This document shows, one piece after another, positions 15,245 through 28,403 of a stretch of 64,000 nt of DNA. The notes under the pieces are model-generated. The model searched no databases, had not been told where the DNA came from, and worked only from the letters and a program-made list of their open reading frames with translations. How positions within the stretch are numbered: the first letter of the stretch is position 1; every line of letters starts with the position of its first letter. The stretch lies in contig JALMLS010000507.1 in NCBI GenBank assembly GCA_038496445.1, positions 310,001 through 374,000 on the forward strand, read 5' to 3'. This stretch comes from Trichosphaerium sp. ATCC 40318. Its lineage: Eukaryota; Protista; Tubulinea. The position numbers were made by a program, and so were the translations under genes.

Positions 15245-15996
15245 ATGAAGCACATCATTATTTTAGTTGTTTTGACTCTATCAGTACTCTACAATGTTCA
15301 AGGATGTAAATGCGGGCAGTTAACCGCAAAACAAAAGTATTGCAGCTCAGATGCCGTATTACGCGTCTCTATTACCAAAAAAATGCCTTACGATGACAAC
15401 AAATCAAACATCTACTTTGCAAACGTTATAAAAGTACATAAGATGCCTGGAGAAGGCGAAGCCCCGTCTACTGTAAAACTAATAACTCCGTAAGTTAATT
15501 AACTGCACAATAAAACTAAAAACGTCAACTAACTGTAAAAACAATAGTTCAAGTCCAGCAGCATGCGGAGCAGATCTACAAGAAGGAAAAGTACGCTCAC
15601 AACACTTTTTACAAAACACTGTTTTTGAAGACAAATCGCTTTTTGGTCGCACTGTAACGCCCTTTATAGGAATACCTCATCCCTGGTCGCGTAGGCGAAA
15701 TCTCACATCATATCCACGTGGATAGTTGTAATTTACTTGGTTTCTGTGAAGTACCTGCTGAAGTTGATTGTAATGACCTTGAGGAAGAAAACGAACCAAT
15801 TGATTGCGTCATGTGTACTCAAGAAGTAAAAACATGCGATGAAGGATGTAAGAATTGTGTGATTACTCCACAATCATGCCATTCATGCGGGGAAGCTCAG
15901 TGTTGTGATAGGCTTAGATGCTTTGCACCTGATAAACCTTGCACTGAGGGATGTATGAGAGAAGGATGTTGTGGAGGTAAATGTATACCAAAGTAA
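15245..15996 (+). CDS. Secreted TIMP/NTR-domain protein with a Cys-rich C-terminal module (3 exons)
   Basis: Signal peptide followed directly by CKC (TIMP C-X-C N-terminus), QKYCSSDAVLRV, SSPAACGADLQEGKEYLIPG, HIHVDSCN; the Cys-rich tail begins CVMCTQEVKTCDEGCKNCVITPQSCHSCGEAQC. Confidence 0.8.
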
Positions 15997-16321
15997 TCCT
16001 TTGGCGTACCAACCACTTGTAAATAAATTATGTTCTTCTTCACTACTTCAGTTCTTTACACCAAACAATACGTTGTGTTGGTTCAGGCACGTTTTAAATA
16101 CAGTGACACAGAGTCAACCATCGTTTGAAATAAACTGTCACAGGTTGGTTCATAAATCAGGGCAACGAGTGTATTTAACTTCTTCTTACCAAAAAATACT
16201 GGCCTTCAATGGAATGTAAATAACCTTTCGCTTGCACAAATTAGAACAATTGGGGCACTCGGAAGAATGACGTTGTTTCTTATTAAATACTTAATTTACA
16301 CTTTTTTCTTTTCTCACAATT

Positions 16322-18467
16322 TTATTCTTCCTCTAATCCAAGCACTTTGTTTCTTTTTCGCCATCGTTTATATGATTCTTTGTTTTTATATGCATTCTTT
16401 GGACCATTCAGATCTTCTTGATTAGCATGGAAAACCTATTACAAACCTTACGTCAACAACACGTGCAAACCAAATGTCAACTGTTAAAACGAAGAAAAAA
16501 GGAGAACAAATTCGGGATTAACGGAGTTTTTAGAAATTGGTCTTGTTAAGTCTATTTAGTGGAAACACTTACCGATGCAGCAGTTCTAGATGTTGCTACT
16601 ACGCGCCAATCAAGTTCATTAAGCCACTCATTTCTTTCAACTTCTGAAGAACATGCAAAGTTTATTCGCTCTCCATCTCTTGTCTCTAGAATAAAGCATA
16701 GCTCCTTGAACTTTCTGTGGATTCAAATTAGATATTTACCAATGACGATAATAAAAGTCGACAAATATATGTTAGATACGTACACTGGATTACCTAAATC
16801 CTCTGTTGCTTCATGAACATCGCTTATTTCACCCAAAGAAATTTCGAACTTTGGAATTTGATCAACTGCTTTTCTCTTCTTTGTTATAAACAAACGAAAG
16901 TTTGTGAGTGTAGCATAATATTTTCTAAATTTAGAATTATCTGTTCCCATCATTATAATACTTTTATGACCTACTCAGAAAAAAGAAAAATGTGAGAACA
17001 AAGAACAAAGAACATAAAAACGTGATAAAAGCGTAAAAAGGCCTTAGAAATTTGAAATAAAAAAACAAGCTTTACCAGATGTTGAGTCACGCATTGATCG
17101 CTGCATCAAGTCAGATACCCAGTCGTATAAACAACGCCAAGCATCTTTATGTATATTTGTAAACTATGAACACAGTTCTGTAAGCGAGAAAGAAACGCAA
17201 TAAAAAAAGGTTTTTTTTTCTTACTTCTTCTTTTCCAAGGAGCGCAGTAAAAGTTTTCATCAAACTTGTGTACATGAGCCTGAAGTGGTCTGGTTTTACG
17301 CCATATATCTGATGTCTAATACCTAGACCACGAACCAGGTGCTCAAACTGAAGCGGCCTATTCACTGCAGAAGCGAGAAGACCAAGCATACCACCAAACG
17401 CTCGCGAAACAGCAAGTAAGTCCGAACCACCAAATAACCGTTTGGCGCCTAAAGTATATACTTAATAAGTGTTCTCTTCTTTTCATGTATTATCAACTAA
17501 CATACCTGGATCATAACTGAAAATCCGCTCGTATACTTTCCTATTAGCTTTGTATCAGCAAAGAGAAACACTGACTTCTTTTCTATATTATTTTGGTTTT
17601 TTTTTTCAATAAAAAAACTGCGCACTTCGCCATGTCACTCATACTTCCATGCTCTCCTCCTGTAATTTTTTGCCAAGTGTTGTTTATGATATCGCGTTGT
17701 GCAGGAGTGAAAGGATACGCATTGGCCGTATATACATCTGTTAATGGAATTAATTAGTCAACAACGCCGACAAAAACGCGGTGAACACGTGAATGTTCCA
17801 AGGAAGTTACTAATTTTAGTTTACCTTCACTAGAAAGAATTTCTTCTTCCGAACTTGTATTAGTATATGAAGACTGCTCTAGGGATGCTCTACTCATCAA
17901 CCGGGTAGCACTCTTAGGCATGCTTGACAAACTATTTGAAATAGCGGCAGTTCTTGAGGTAATACGGTTTCTCGCAATGATCAATGTTACTATTTCTCGC
18001 TCATAAAGCAAAGGTAGATTTAAACGAGTCAAAGCATTAGGATCAGACAGCCTAAAAAAGAAGTTAGAAGAGTATTAAGCTTAATGTCAAAAAACTGTTA
18101 ATGCGAACAACACAAAACCAAGCGACCACGAGGGAGTGTTGGTTATGTAGAAAATCATCGGTGTTTATATTAGTGCGCTAGTTTTTTGGAAAAATTGTAA
18201 CCTTTTGTAGGAGGACTAAAAAAAAACCACCTCGTACCTACATAAATGGCTGAAGTTCTCAAATCCATGTTTGCGGAGGGTACTATTTGTTTCATCCATT
18301 AGTTTATTGTTTGTTAGACCTAATTCTCTTGAGATTGCCTTTGTTAGGTTCTCTACAGTATCCGTAGGCTTCAGGACTATCAATAAAGCAATAAGCACAA
18401 AGAACGAGCACTCCTATGTATTCTTACTGATCCCCATAGAGCGACGTGTTCTCATAGGGCATGCCAT
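16322..18467 (-). CDS. Globin-PH domain fusion protein
   Basis: Spliced product: MACPMR..ILKPTDTVENLTKAISRELGL, then a globin (FTPAQRDIINNTWQKI..VYERIFSYDPGAKRLF..LGIRHQIYGVKPDHF..AWRCLYDWVSDLM), then a PH domain (KFRKYYATLTNFRLFI..FACSSEVERNEWLNEL). Confidence 0.8.
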
Positions 18468-19006
18468 TGTTGGAAGTGTTTTTTGGCTTTAAAAGGAAGA
18501 AATCACGTGGGCAGTTATTGCGACGGTTGAAGAAAATTGGTAACTTGAATAGGTTGCAGTATTTCGTGCGTAGTCTGCAGCAAAAAGATTGTCTCTATAG
18601 TAAACACGCAAGAATCACCCAAAGAGCTTGTAGTTATGTATTTAAACAGTCACCCAGACTATGCACAAGTCGAGTAGTTACGCCGTAAACAATTATTACG
18701 ACTTGCCGTTTTTTGCATGCATGGGTAGCAATAAATTGCTTATTAATAGCTGGGTATAGTACTTTAAATAGTATTTTCGGAAGTAGCGTTTGAGATGCGG
18801 AGCAACGGAGTTGTTTTAAACTACTGTTAATTAATAAATAGCTTTCGAGTGAGCCACGTGATTAGTTGGAAAACAGTTTGGTAAAAAGTTCACTTTCAAG
18901 AATTGCACTGTGAACTACAAATACAATAACAGAGAACTTCCTAACACGTGTAGTTGGACCAAAGTAGTGAAGATATAGAAGAAAACATTCTTTTGGTGTA
19001 TTATAG

Positions 19007-21522
19007 TTACAATTGTTTTGAAGCAGCCTGTCTTTTCGTGTGTTGCTTCTGGGCTTTTTTAAACCTTGTTTTGAGAACATCACTTCTGTTCCCGTCAAGG
19101 CCCCACACTTCAATATTAGCAATTGAGAAATCTGTCTGTTCTATGTCGTTATGTTCAATGCTGGCAAGGTTCCTAAATAGAAAACACAAACATGAGAAAA
19201 AAAATAGACGCTAAAGCAGCAAGACGAAACTTTTTCTGAAATTCTTAACTTTTAACTCGTACCCTTCAGTGTATGTACCACCTTCATAACAGCTATACCC
19301 AGTCTTTAAGTCAGCACTTATGAATAGCCTAAATTTAGTTTCACACCCACCTTTAGCAGAGTTAGAAAAACATTTCAAAGTTCTTCAAACGTACCAAAGC
19401 CGATCCCTCTATCCTTTACCTTTGCGCTAGACTTTGATACCCAAACAAAATTCTTTGAACCATACGGAATCGCACTACACGTAAATAAACCACGTGGGCT
19501 TGCAATGTCTAGTCGACGTACCGATGTACGCTAAAGTTGGGTAACACTTCAAACAACATGCAGCAATGATCTCCAAAGTAAGCGCTACAATTTTGCCATG
19601 CTACGAGCAAATAATGTTATCAAAACGATATTGTTGTAATGATTTCACTCACGTGTAGAAATAAAAGCTCCAAATAAACAACCATCAACCGTCTCTACAA
19701 GTATATACGTAGAACCATTAAAATTATAACTATGTCTTGAAAACGTTGACCAACTATCATTGATATGTCGACCTTAAAAGAAAATCTGTTAGAACACAAA
19801 AACATTACAAATGCAGTACAACTCACCACAGATAAAATGTAAGCTGTCTATACGCGCATCTGACGCATTTGATAAAGCCCAGGCGATACCTCTTATTTCA
19901 CCAATTAGCACAAGAGTTTCGAGGGTGTTTAAAAAAAATCACGTGATGCGTGTTAAAAATCACGTGATATGAACAAGCAATAACAATGTCTTACTTGTTG
20001 TATAATTTTGATTCTTTCATACCAACTGATGTAGGCAACCAAGCTGATGCACTGCCAAACACTTAAAAAGTATTAGCTTTTGAATTTGTTTTTGCTTGGA
20101 TTGGAGTTTTTTCGTACTTGGATCTGTTTTCTGACGTATGAAATTAAACTTTAGAAAGTTCTCAATACAACGATGTAAATTAGGTAAGAATGTAGCTAAT
20201 TTTTCGCATAATATCTCTCCCGGTGGCTAGTACCAGTTAACAAACATAGGTTGTTTACAAAATTAACATAATAACTATAAAAAAAAGTGATAACTCTGTG
20301 CTTATTGCACATTCTATGAAGCCGACGTACTTCTCTTGTAGAGACTAAGAAAGCACAAAGAGTCTTTACCATGGCTCTTATTGGTTTAAGTACATCGGGT
20401 ACATCTTCTTGAAGCACCATTGTATCATCAAGGCTAAAACGTTCAAATAAATTACAAGTGTGCTTGTTGTCAGTTGTAACGAATTCAAAATCTTCGAGGC
20501 CTTCTAGATCACATGTACTTGATAGCTCAGATCCAGAAGTCGAGAGCCTATACAAAACTTAGCCAAAAATCACCAGCACAAGACAAACTCAATAAAGCGT
20601 CTAAAAATAGAATGCACAAAAAAAGAAACAAAGACAACTTTGATTTATGTCATGCGTTCTTTAATATTTTACTAAACGTACGTTATTAACTCAGGTGGCT
20701 TTGGTAATGATGCACGCATTTGCATCATACTAGGGAGTTGCTCGTAATCTAGTAAATCTTGACGAATTCTATTTTCAACAGATAGAAAAAAACAATCCAT
20801 CAAAAACTCTCCAAGTGATGTTATGATCATAGCATCACAACTTTCTGTATGATATGATCTAAACCAAAACGCTACAGAAATCATAAATAATAGAACACTT
20901 GTACAGATATGCCACACTGACTAGTCACGCCAGGTTTCGGTGAAAAAAAAAAAAGTTGTAGGAAACCTCATTGAACAATTCTCACCTATGCGAGTACTAA
21001 CAGAGGATTTTACATCCGACCTACATAGTAAGGAAATGTATTGTTCCCACGTGAATGTAGTATTTGACTTCTTAACACCTATAACGAGCGGTAGAAGACA
21101 GAAAACGATGCGGTAAAACCGAGACTGTTTTTTTTTGGTTCAATCTCGTACCTTTTGGCACATTCATGCTTTGAAATCTTTCAAAAAGGTGACTAGTGAA
21201 CCTACTGAGCTCTGGTGGCGTATGCAAGTATTCCTATTCGAGTTTGAGTTGTAATATGTAAAAATTGTAATCAAAAAGCTTGTATTCAATCTCTACAACT
21301 CTCTTACGTTGCGAAAAAAATATTTTGAGTATTATGAGGCAGTACCGCTAACATTGAGCTCGTAACACCTCTAACTTTGCCTTGCGGCGGCGACATTTGT
21401 AGAAATACGCTTCTCAGCCATTCTAGAAGCGTATCGTTGTATGTACTACACTTTCGTGCATTTTGTCTCCACTGTTTGTTAGAATTGTTCAAACGAATAC
21501 TTTTAGACCCGCTTGAGCGCAT
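19007..21522 (-). CDS. TLDc-domain protein (MEAK7/Rtc5-like); start uncertain
   Basis: C-terminal exons give STYILVETVDGCLFGAFISTPW..YFGD..LFEVLP..GIGFGG..FRLFI..FSIANIEVWGL. Confidence 0.8.
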
Positions 21523-21781
21523 AGCGCTTGGTAGCAACGTGAGTAAGAGCTTCCAATGGATATTTTAAATGAATCTAAGCGAGAGTTCCTAATTTTTTGC
21601 GAAAATAATTCTTGAAACGCTTTGAAAGCACGTGTGAGTATCCCTTTTCTCTTTCCCACACTATATAAACTATGATTGAACCGACCAACGACATGATTGT
21701 ACACTGCAGACTTAAAAAAATCCGAATTAAGTTTCTTTTTTACAGATATCGCGGTGAATCGCACCCGAATGTGTAATAAGG

Positions 21782-24700
21782 ATGAGTAAAAACGAAGTTA
21801 GTAGTAAAGCGCTTCTGAAAGCAATTCTACTGTTAACACAGCTTCCAAGCAACTCTCCGTTCCATAGACGTGGTATCCAAGCAGTAGGTAGTCTGCTAGA
21901 CACTTGTGATATTGACGAGAAAAACAACATCGTACAATTAGCAAGAGAAGCTCTAACGCTTGCAGGATCCACCCAACGCAAAGCGAAGAAGCAATCAAAA
22001 CGAACACCATCAAAATCTCCCAAACCTAAACCAGATATACCCAAAACACCTACACTTGATGAAAGAGCACTCTCAAACGAAGTAATTGCTGTAATTGAGA
22101 AATGTTCAGCAAACAACCGCCTGACGCTTAGCGAACTTGCTATTCGTTACGAACAAACGCACGCAAGGAACTTCAGGCAAAAGAACAGCGTTCGATTGAA
22201 GAAATTTATTGAGAAATGCTGTGGTGACAAAATAGGCATGGAGCCTAATAGCACTGGTACTACAGTATTCCTGAAAGACGGTACAAACGAACAAGAAAAG
22301 AATGACAGTACAGAAGTAAAGGAATTAACGCAATCAATATCCGAGCTATCCGTATCCAGTGATACTGCACCACTCGCTACTAGCGTCGAATCGGTAAGAA
22401 AAGCGTTTTAACTTGTTTTGGTAATAGTTTGTTTCTAGCAAGACTCAACAGCGTCAACAGTAGTAGTACCTACGCTCAGGACCGACCCTGACATTATTAA
22501 AAAGATAATTGATGGCATTTACGATGAACACTGTAAAGCATCTCAACCAACGACATTATTCACTATTGGTAGAACATTCAAAGAAAAACAAGGTAAATAG
22601 CGCTTCATTGAGAACCAAAAGCAAATTTCTGTCGGAAACGGTTTTTTCAGGATCGCCGCTAAAATTGCTTATTCTGTGTCCTACAAAACGTTTTCTATCC
22701 TTGAGGACCAAGATTGCTTTCGTTGACGCCTTTGAAGGCTAAACAATCAATTTTCTTGTTTGACTTGTCAAAATTGTTTTTAGCGTAATTGCAATTGTAC
22801 GACGTTAAATTATGTCTATGTTGTACTTTTATACATATACTTTATCGCTAGAATACATTTAGATCATTTTGAGCAATCTTTATCGAATGAGAGCTAATTT
22901 AAAAATGTAGGCAAAACGTTTCGACAAGCGACAGGACTCAAGTTCCAAAAGTTCCTTGAACTCTTCTGTCCTAATGATTACTTGCTCACAAAAGGTGTAA
23001 AACATGTTGCAATGACACGCAAACACGAATTAGGCACTCAAACGCCTGAGGTAACGTTTTTTTCGATAGTTTCAAAAAAACATTCTTTTCTTCCTTGAAA
23101 CACCTTTTTCTTTCGTTTCTGTCTTCTCTAGTGCCCAACGGGTGCGGTGGTGAATTATTTATAATGTTTTGGGCTTAATTAAGAGCTTTATAAGCATTCT
23201 GATTGTTAAGTTTTGGTTCCTAGGAAAAAGAGCATCAAGCGAAGTTATTGCTTACTCCAGAGGCCCTAAAAGAGGCGTTATATGATGTAGTAAGGCAGTC
23301 ACCTTCTCTACCAACTTTAAGAGAGATTGGTACAAGTTTCAAAGCGAAACTGAATCAAACATTTCGTCAGCAAGCTGGTGTTAAGTTGCAAAAGTTTATT
23401 GAAACTTATTGCTCTGATACACTTGGTGTACGTACAATGGGAAATGTATCTGTTGTATATGTTAAAGGAGAAAACTCCAGTTCTGATACCCCTAACATTG
23501 AGGTATGTGACATTGTACAACATAAACAAATCGAAGATTTTCTTTTTCTTTTTTTTTTCTTATTTTTGGTTTTTGTTTTTGGCTTTATCTTTGAGTGTTG
23601 GTATTAATTTAATTTCCAAAAGGAAATTGAAAACGGTGTAGAAGAGGTAGAAGGTGATGAAGAGCGTGTATTAAATGAAATGAAGCTTGATCTTCTTGAT
23701 TTAGTTCAAGAAAGAAAAGCAAACAATATTTTGACAACTATTGACTACCTGGATGGCATGTTCTTGAAGAATGAAGGAACCAAGTTTGAAGATCAGTATG
23801 GTGAGTAACAAGAATTTGATGTGGTCGTTTACCACCCTTTTTATCAAAAAAAGAACCGTGGCATTCGCTTCGTTTTGTTTTGTTTTTTGCGTCTTAACTT
23901 TTCGAAGGTATTTCATTGAAAGATTTCATTGAAGTCTATGCAAGTGACTGTATGGGTCTATGTAAGAATGGTGATAACTTTGTTATTTACGCCCTGAACC
24001 TAGCAAATAGGGGAGAGGTACGAAAACCCATTAAGCCTTTCTGTGGTTTGCAAAAAAACCTGCAACTTTTTATACATGCTTATTCTAAAAACTTTATTTT
24101 AAAGGTAGCGAAAGCGGAGAGATACACTACCAAACAACACATATTGATCATTGACGATGGTGACTTTTCTTATTCTGCAGGTATGACCTCTTTCCCTGAG
24201 GATGTTTTACTTGTTCTCTAAGTGCTTATTCTTTTTCTCAAAAGGCATGGTAAAACTGCTTGAAAACAATGCGAGCAATGTGACTTCTGCGCAGTGTTAC
24301 GATCGTGCGCTTGTTGTGGATAACTTTCCTCGTGCTCGTGCCAACATCCAAGCTTTGCATAAGAGTGGTAGTATGGTATTATTCTCAGTAGATCCAACGA
24401 ATTTGGTCCAGTACTTTGGCACTGAAACGTAAGACAACTAAAACAAAAATACCAATGCATTTTTTTTGAAGCTTCTTTAACCTTTGGATTTTAATTTATT
24501 CAATCTCTTGAATCCTCGTTTTTCAGCCGTTCAATGGTGCTTTTTATGTATAAGAGTGTATTGCTAATTAGATATTAGCAAATTTGATATTGTCATTCTT
24601 GAGTTTCCACGTGTTGGATATCAAGATGTCAAGACTAATGGCAGCTTTGTTTCGAGCTTTATTGCAGCTGCAGACTCAATTTTATCGATAGGTGGCGCCA

Positions 24701-24929
24701 TTCACGTAGCCGTAAAGGTAAGGGAAAATTTTATCACGTGTTTATCACGTGAAACATGATGTATTTATGAGAACTTTTGTCTAAATTCTTTCCTTTCTAG
24801 GACATCAAACCGTACGTACAATGGAACATCATCAAAACGATAAAACAATTGGGTTGGCAGCTTCAAAGTAAGTGGATGCATGGCAAGAACAGAGAAGTAT
24901 TCGAGTTTGTATATGCGAACGAATACTAA
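21782..24929 (+). CDS. Four LOTUS/OST-HTH-like repeats fused to a BMT5/DUF2431-like Rossmann RNA methyltransferase
   Basis: Repeats such as TLSELAIRYEQTHARNFRQKNSVRLKKFIE and TLREIGTSFKAKLNQTFRQQAGVKLQKFIE. C-terminal domain ILIIDDGDFSYS..ARANIQAL..VLFSVDPTNL..FDIVILEFPRVG..GGAIHVAVK..PYVQWNI. Confidence 0.72.
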
Positions 24930-25038
24930 GAAGAAAAAAAAAACCTCCAACAAAATAAACACATCATTGCAATAGCTGAGCTTCTTGTTTGATTGAAATA
25001 AGTCGATTTTATTGAATCCCAGTTATGTGTGACTGTTT

Positions 25039-28000
25039 TCATGAAGCTTCTGAACATGATAGGATCTATAGAGCGTGAGTGGATCAGTTTGGAAGAGATG
25101 CTTGCCTTGCTTTCACCTGCGTGATCATCAGTTGAGCTTGGGAAATCAAAAGCAAATGTAGTTGTACTACCACTGTAGGTACAACCACTACCGACTAGTT
25201 TCTTGTTTATTGTGACTTTCAAGTTATTAGCATCATCAGCTCTTGATGGATTTGATGCTGTTACAATAACTACATCAAGAAAGATTAGCATCACGTAATT
25301 TGTGTGTTATTTTACATACCTTGTTTCTCCGAGTTGCGAACTAACACCACAGAAGGGTAATCTGCTGATACTATCCAACCATTGCTTTCAACACTACCTG
25401 CCTTCCAGAATATAATACCAAAGATAGATAACTCTAAAACTGTTTCAGTAAAAGGAGACGGACTTAAAGCTTACTTTTGTTGAACACAGCAGTTTGGTTC
25501 TCATTGTTGCTTACAACATCGTACTGGCCTTCATAAGGTGTCAAAGGATCCTTCTTGAAAGTATCCCAGTCTATACCAGGTACCTATTATTGAAGTAAAG
25601 AAATAATCATCTTATCAAGGCTTACAAGAGTATAAGCATAAGAGGCTGATTGAACATTTGTTCCATGATCAAAGTACAAGTTAAAAACGTTTCTAAAATT
25701 AAGCGTTACTGTTGTTGGTATAGATCTAATTTTTAAGTACGCACGTGCTCACTGGTTTATCAGATCCTATTCCAATGCTAAACCATGAACCATTTTGAGC
25801 TTGGTTTCCAAGAGTGAGTGGTTGGGATCCAGTAAATATGTAACCAACGTTATCATGGTGAACCCATCTAACAAGTAAATGTTAGGGATTCGGTACGTTT
25901 AAACTTTGCTCGTACTTCAGATCTGTTAGCGTGTGCTTTCCTTGAGGCAAAGATGTTGTTGGTGACGTAGATGTGTAAACATCTCCTTTAAGCAGACACT
26001 AATTGATATTGATCAGAAGTGGAGAAAAGAAAGAAAAAAAGTATGTTGCTAACTTGATTCACAGAAGTAGTAACGTGGGGATTGCCTCTGTCTATGTTTA
26101 TAGAATTACCAAGAGCTACTACTATATCATCGAAGAAAAACCATCCTTTTCTAAATTAACGCCTTAGTATTATAATCACGTGGGAGAGTTAAGGAACTGA
26201 GAAGTTGGGACTAGCGATTCAAAAAAAAAAAAAAAAGGAGTTACTTTGCCGTTATTGGGCCTTCGAATGGAGATCTGAAATCAAAGGCAGCGACGCCATA
26301 TAAACCATCAGAAGCGCCACCAACGAAACTAGTTGTTCCCTTTGTCTTTGTCTTGCCACATGAAAAAGAGCCACCTAGAGGAAAAAGAAATGTAAATAAT
26401 GATGTTTTCATTTTAAGAGCACCTTCAGTTGAAGTTATGCCTGGGATCTTTTCCCAATCCCATACAGGATAAATATTAAAGTACTCAGAACCTATATTAT
26501 GATTAACATTAATTTTTTGTTCCTAGCAATAAATAAAACCGTAGTTCTCCCTGACTTGGTCTCACAATTTTATCCAAAAAAAACCCACAATGGTTCTTAA
26601 ACTTTTGTATCCTTCCAGGTCAAAAAGCGTATGTACCTGTAGTGTAAATATAATTTGTTCCATCAGAAAGATGAACAGATTTCTTTCCTTCTGTATTAAC
26701 ACACTCAGCGTTAATCGTCCTGGTGGAAAACACTGAACAAATTTTTAGTTCACATAAGAAAGAAATGTCTGTGTGCCACATGGCGTACTTTTTATGGAGA
26801 CAGTAAAAGCATCTCTGCAATGAGTCATAAAATCTGCCATCCAAAACATCTTGTTCTTTGAAGGCCTCTCTGGAGACCCTGTAGCTAAAGATAGATTTAG
26901 TCAGGTTGACATCTAAAAAATCACTTCCCAGCAACGTACCAAGTCTTGAAGCATAGTTACTATACTCAGTATGTCTAGGACCTGGAACCATTCCAAGCAT
27001 TGTTGTATTCCATGATACTCTAGTACCTCCTGATCTAGTAATCTCACGTCCTTAACAGAGAGTAAGGCCGATCAACCACGATGTTCTGAGTTTCAAACAA
27101 TCAACTGTACCTTTTGCTCCAATATCCCAAATGCCACCACGCATTAACCACTAAGCGTTATCTTTAAAATAGATAATATTGATTTAATGGAATATTTTCT
27201 TACCTGTTGTCCATCGAGAACGTCAGTGGATAAGATTGATAGTGTTTTATCTGGAATTTCAAAAGATGTATTATGAGTTGAAAAAATGACTTGAATCAAA
27301 TCTGCTGTAAGATCGGCACCATAGCCACCTGAGTACAGCTAAAAGTTATTAATTATAGCTTCTTTGAGAGGAAACCATACGCGCGGTCCATGTTGGAAGA
27401 AAGACCCATCAATCTTTATTCCGTCGTTTTCGCCAGAAGTGAAAACGATCGTGCTATAAATCCTATTTTTAACCTGTTAGTCACACTTTTCGAGTTTATC
27501 ACGTGCTTGTCAAACGCCTCGCTCATATAGTCTAAGTTACCACTGAGACAAGCAGAGTAGGTATGTATCACAGCCATCCATACAGTATTCTGACCTGTCC
27601 ATCCCTTCCAGTCGGCTCTTGCCATTATAGCCTCCATCTTAGTCTTTTGATCCGAATCAAAATTATCGCCTATTAACACTCCGGTTTCACCTATCTTAAG
27701 AGGTATACCAATCTGGTTCCACCACCTTTTTGTAACTCATGTAAGCAAGCAAAGAATGAGTATAGGGAGCTTACCAGTTTGGATTCTTGAAGTCTGCTTT
27801 AAGCCAGTAATTAAGTGAAGTATTAATCTATAAGTTTGTAAGTTGTCACCAAAGATATTTGTTTTGGGCATTTACGTCTTCCATGAGTGTTTTGTCGTTA
27901 TACAATTTACAGCTCGTTAAGCTGTAACATTGTGCCATCGTAACTACACGTGACATATGTTCTGAGGTAGCCCATGCGGCACGTGATTGGTCTTTGTAGT

Positions 28001-28307
28001 CTAAAAGATAAAAAAGCGATAAGAAATCCGTTTAAAATCGAAACAAAACTATAGAACGCACTAATATCAAGCCAAGTCCCGTTAGACTGTAGCGTAGACA
28101 TGTATTGTTTTACTTCGTCACTTATACTACTCTGGCGACTCGCTGACGCTATAAAAATACCTCTAAAACACAGTTAATAAAACGTATTTTCTACGTGAGT
28201 AGGCCTAGCTTGTAATTGTCTTTAACTTTTTCCAAGTCTTCTATCGAGGTGCACTGAGCCATGACAGCCAAAATACCAACCCATATAACAATATAGTGTT
28301 GTATCAT
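25039..28307 (-). CDS. Secreted polysaccharide lyase family 8 (hyaluronate/chondroitin/xanthan lyase-like)
   Basis: Signal peptide, GTWLDI, NWWNQIGIP, WTGQNTVW, DGIKIDGSFFQHGPRLYSGGYG (catalytic N/H/Y region), GREITR, ECVNTEGKKSVHLSDG, VWDWEKIPGIT, FVGGASDG, KGWFFFDD, WVHHDNVGY. The C-terminus AGESKILSCSEAS* requires GC-AG intron 25066-25105. Confidence 0.9.
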
Positions 28308-28403
28308 CTTATTTAAAGTTGAAGCTTTGCTAGATGTGCACGTGACGCCACTTTTAGTTTAAGTGAGTATTGTATATTTGCCAAAACTCAACCGGCTTTT
28401 ACA
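28308..28403. promoter_or_regulatory. 96-bp bidirectional promoter with a central GCACGTGAC
   Basis: Lies between the divergent ATGs of the PL8 and metallophosphoesterase genes. Confidence 0.55.

Noticed and set aside
24926-25294. Apparent overlap of stop codons between the PL8 ORF and the methyltransferase gene
   Set aside because: A GC-AG intron gives a better PL8 end at 25039 followed by AATAAA, so the overlap is probably an unspliced-ORF artefact.
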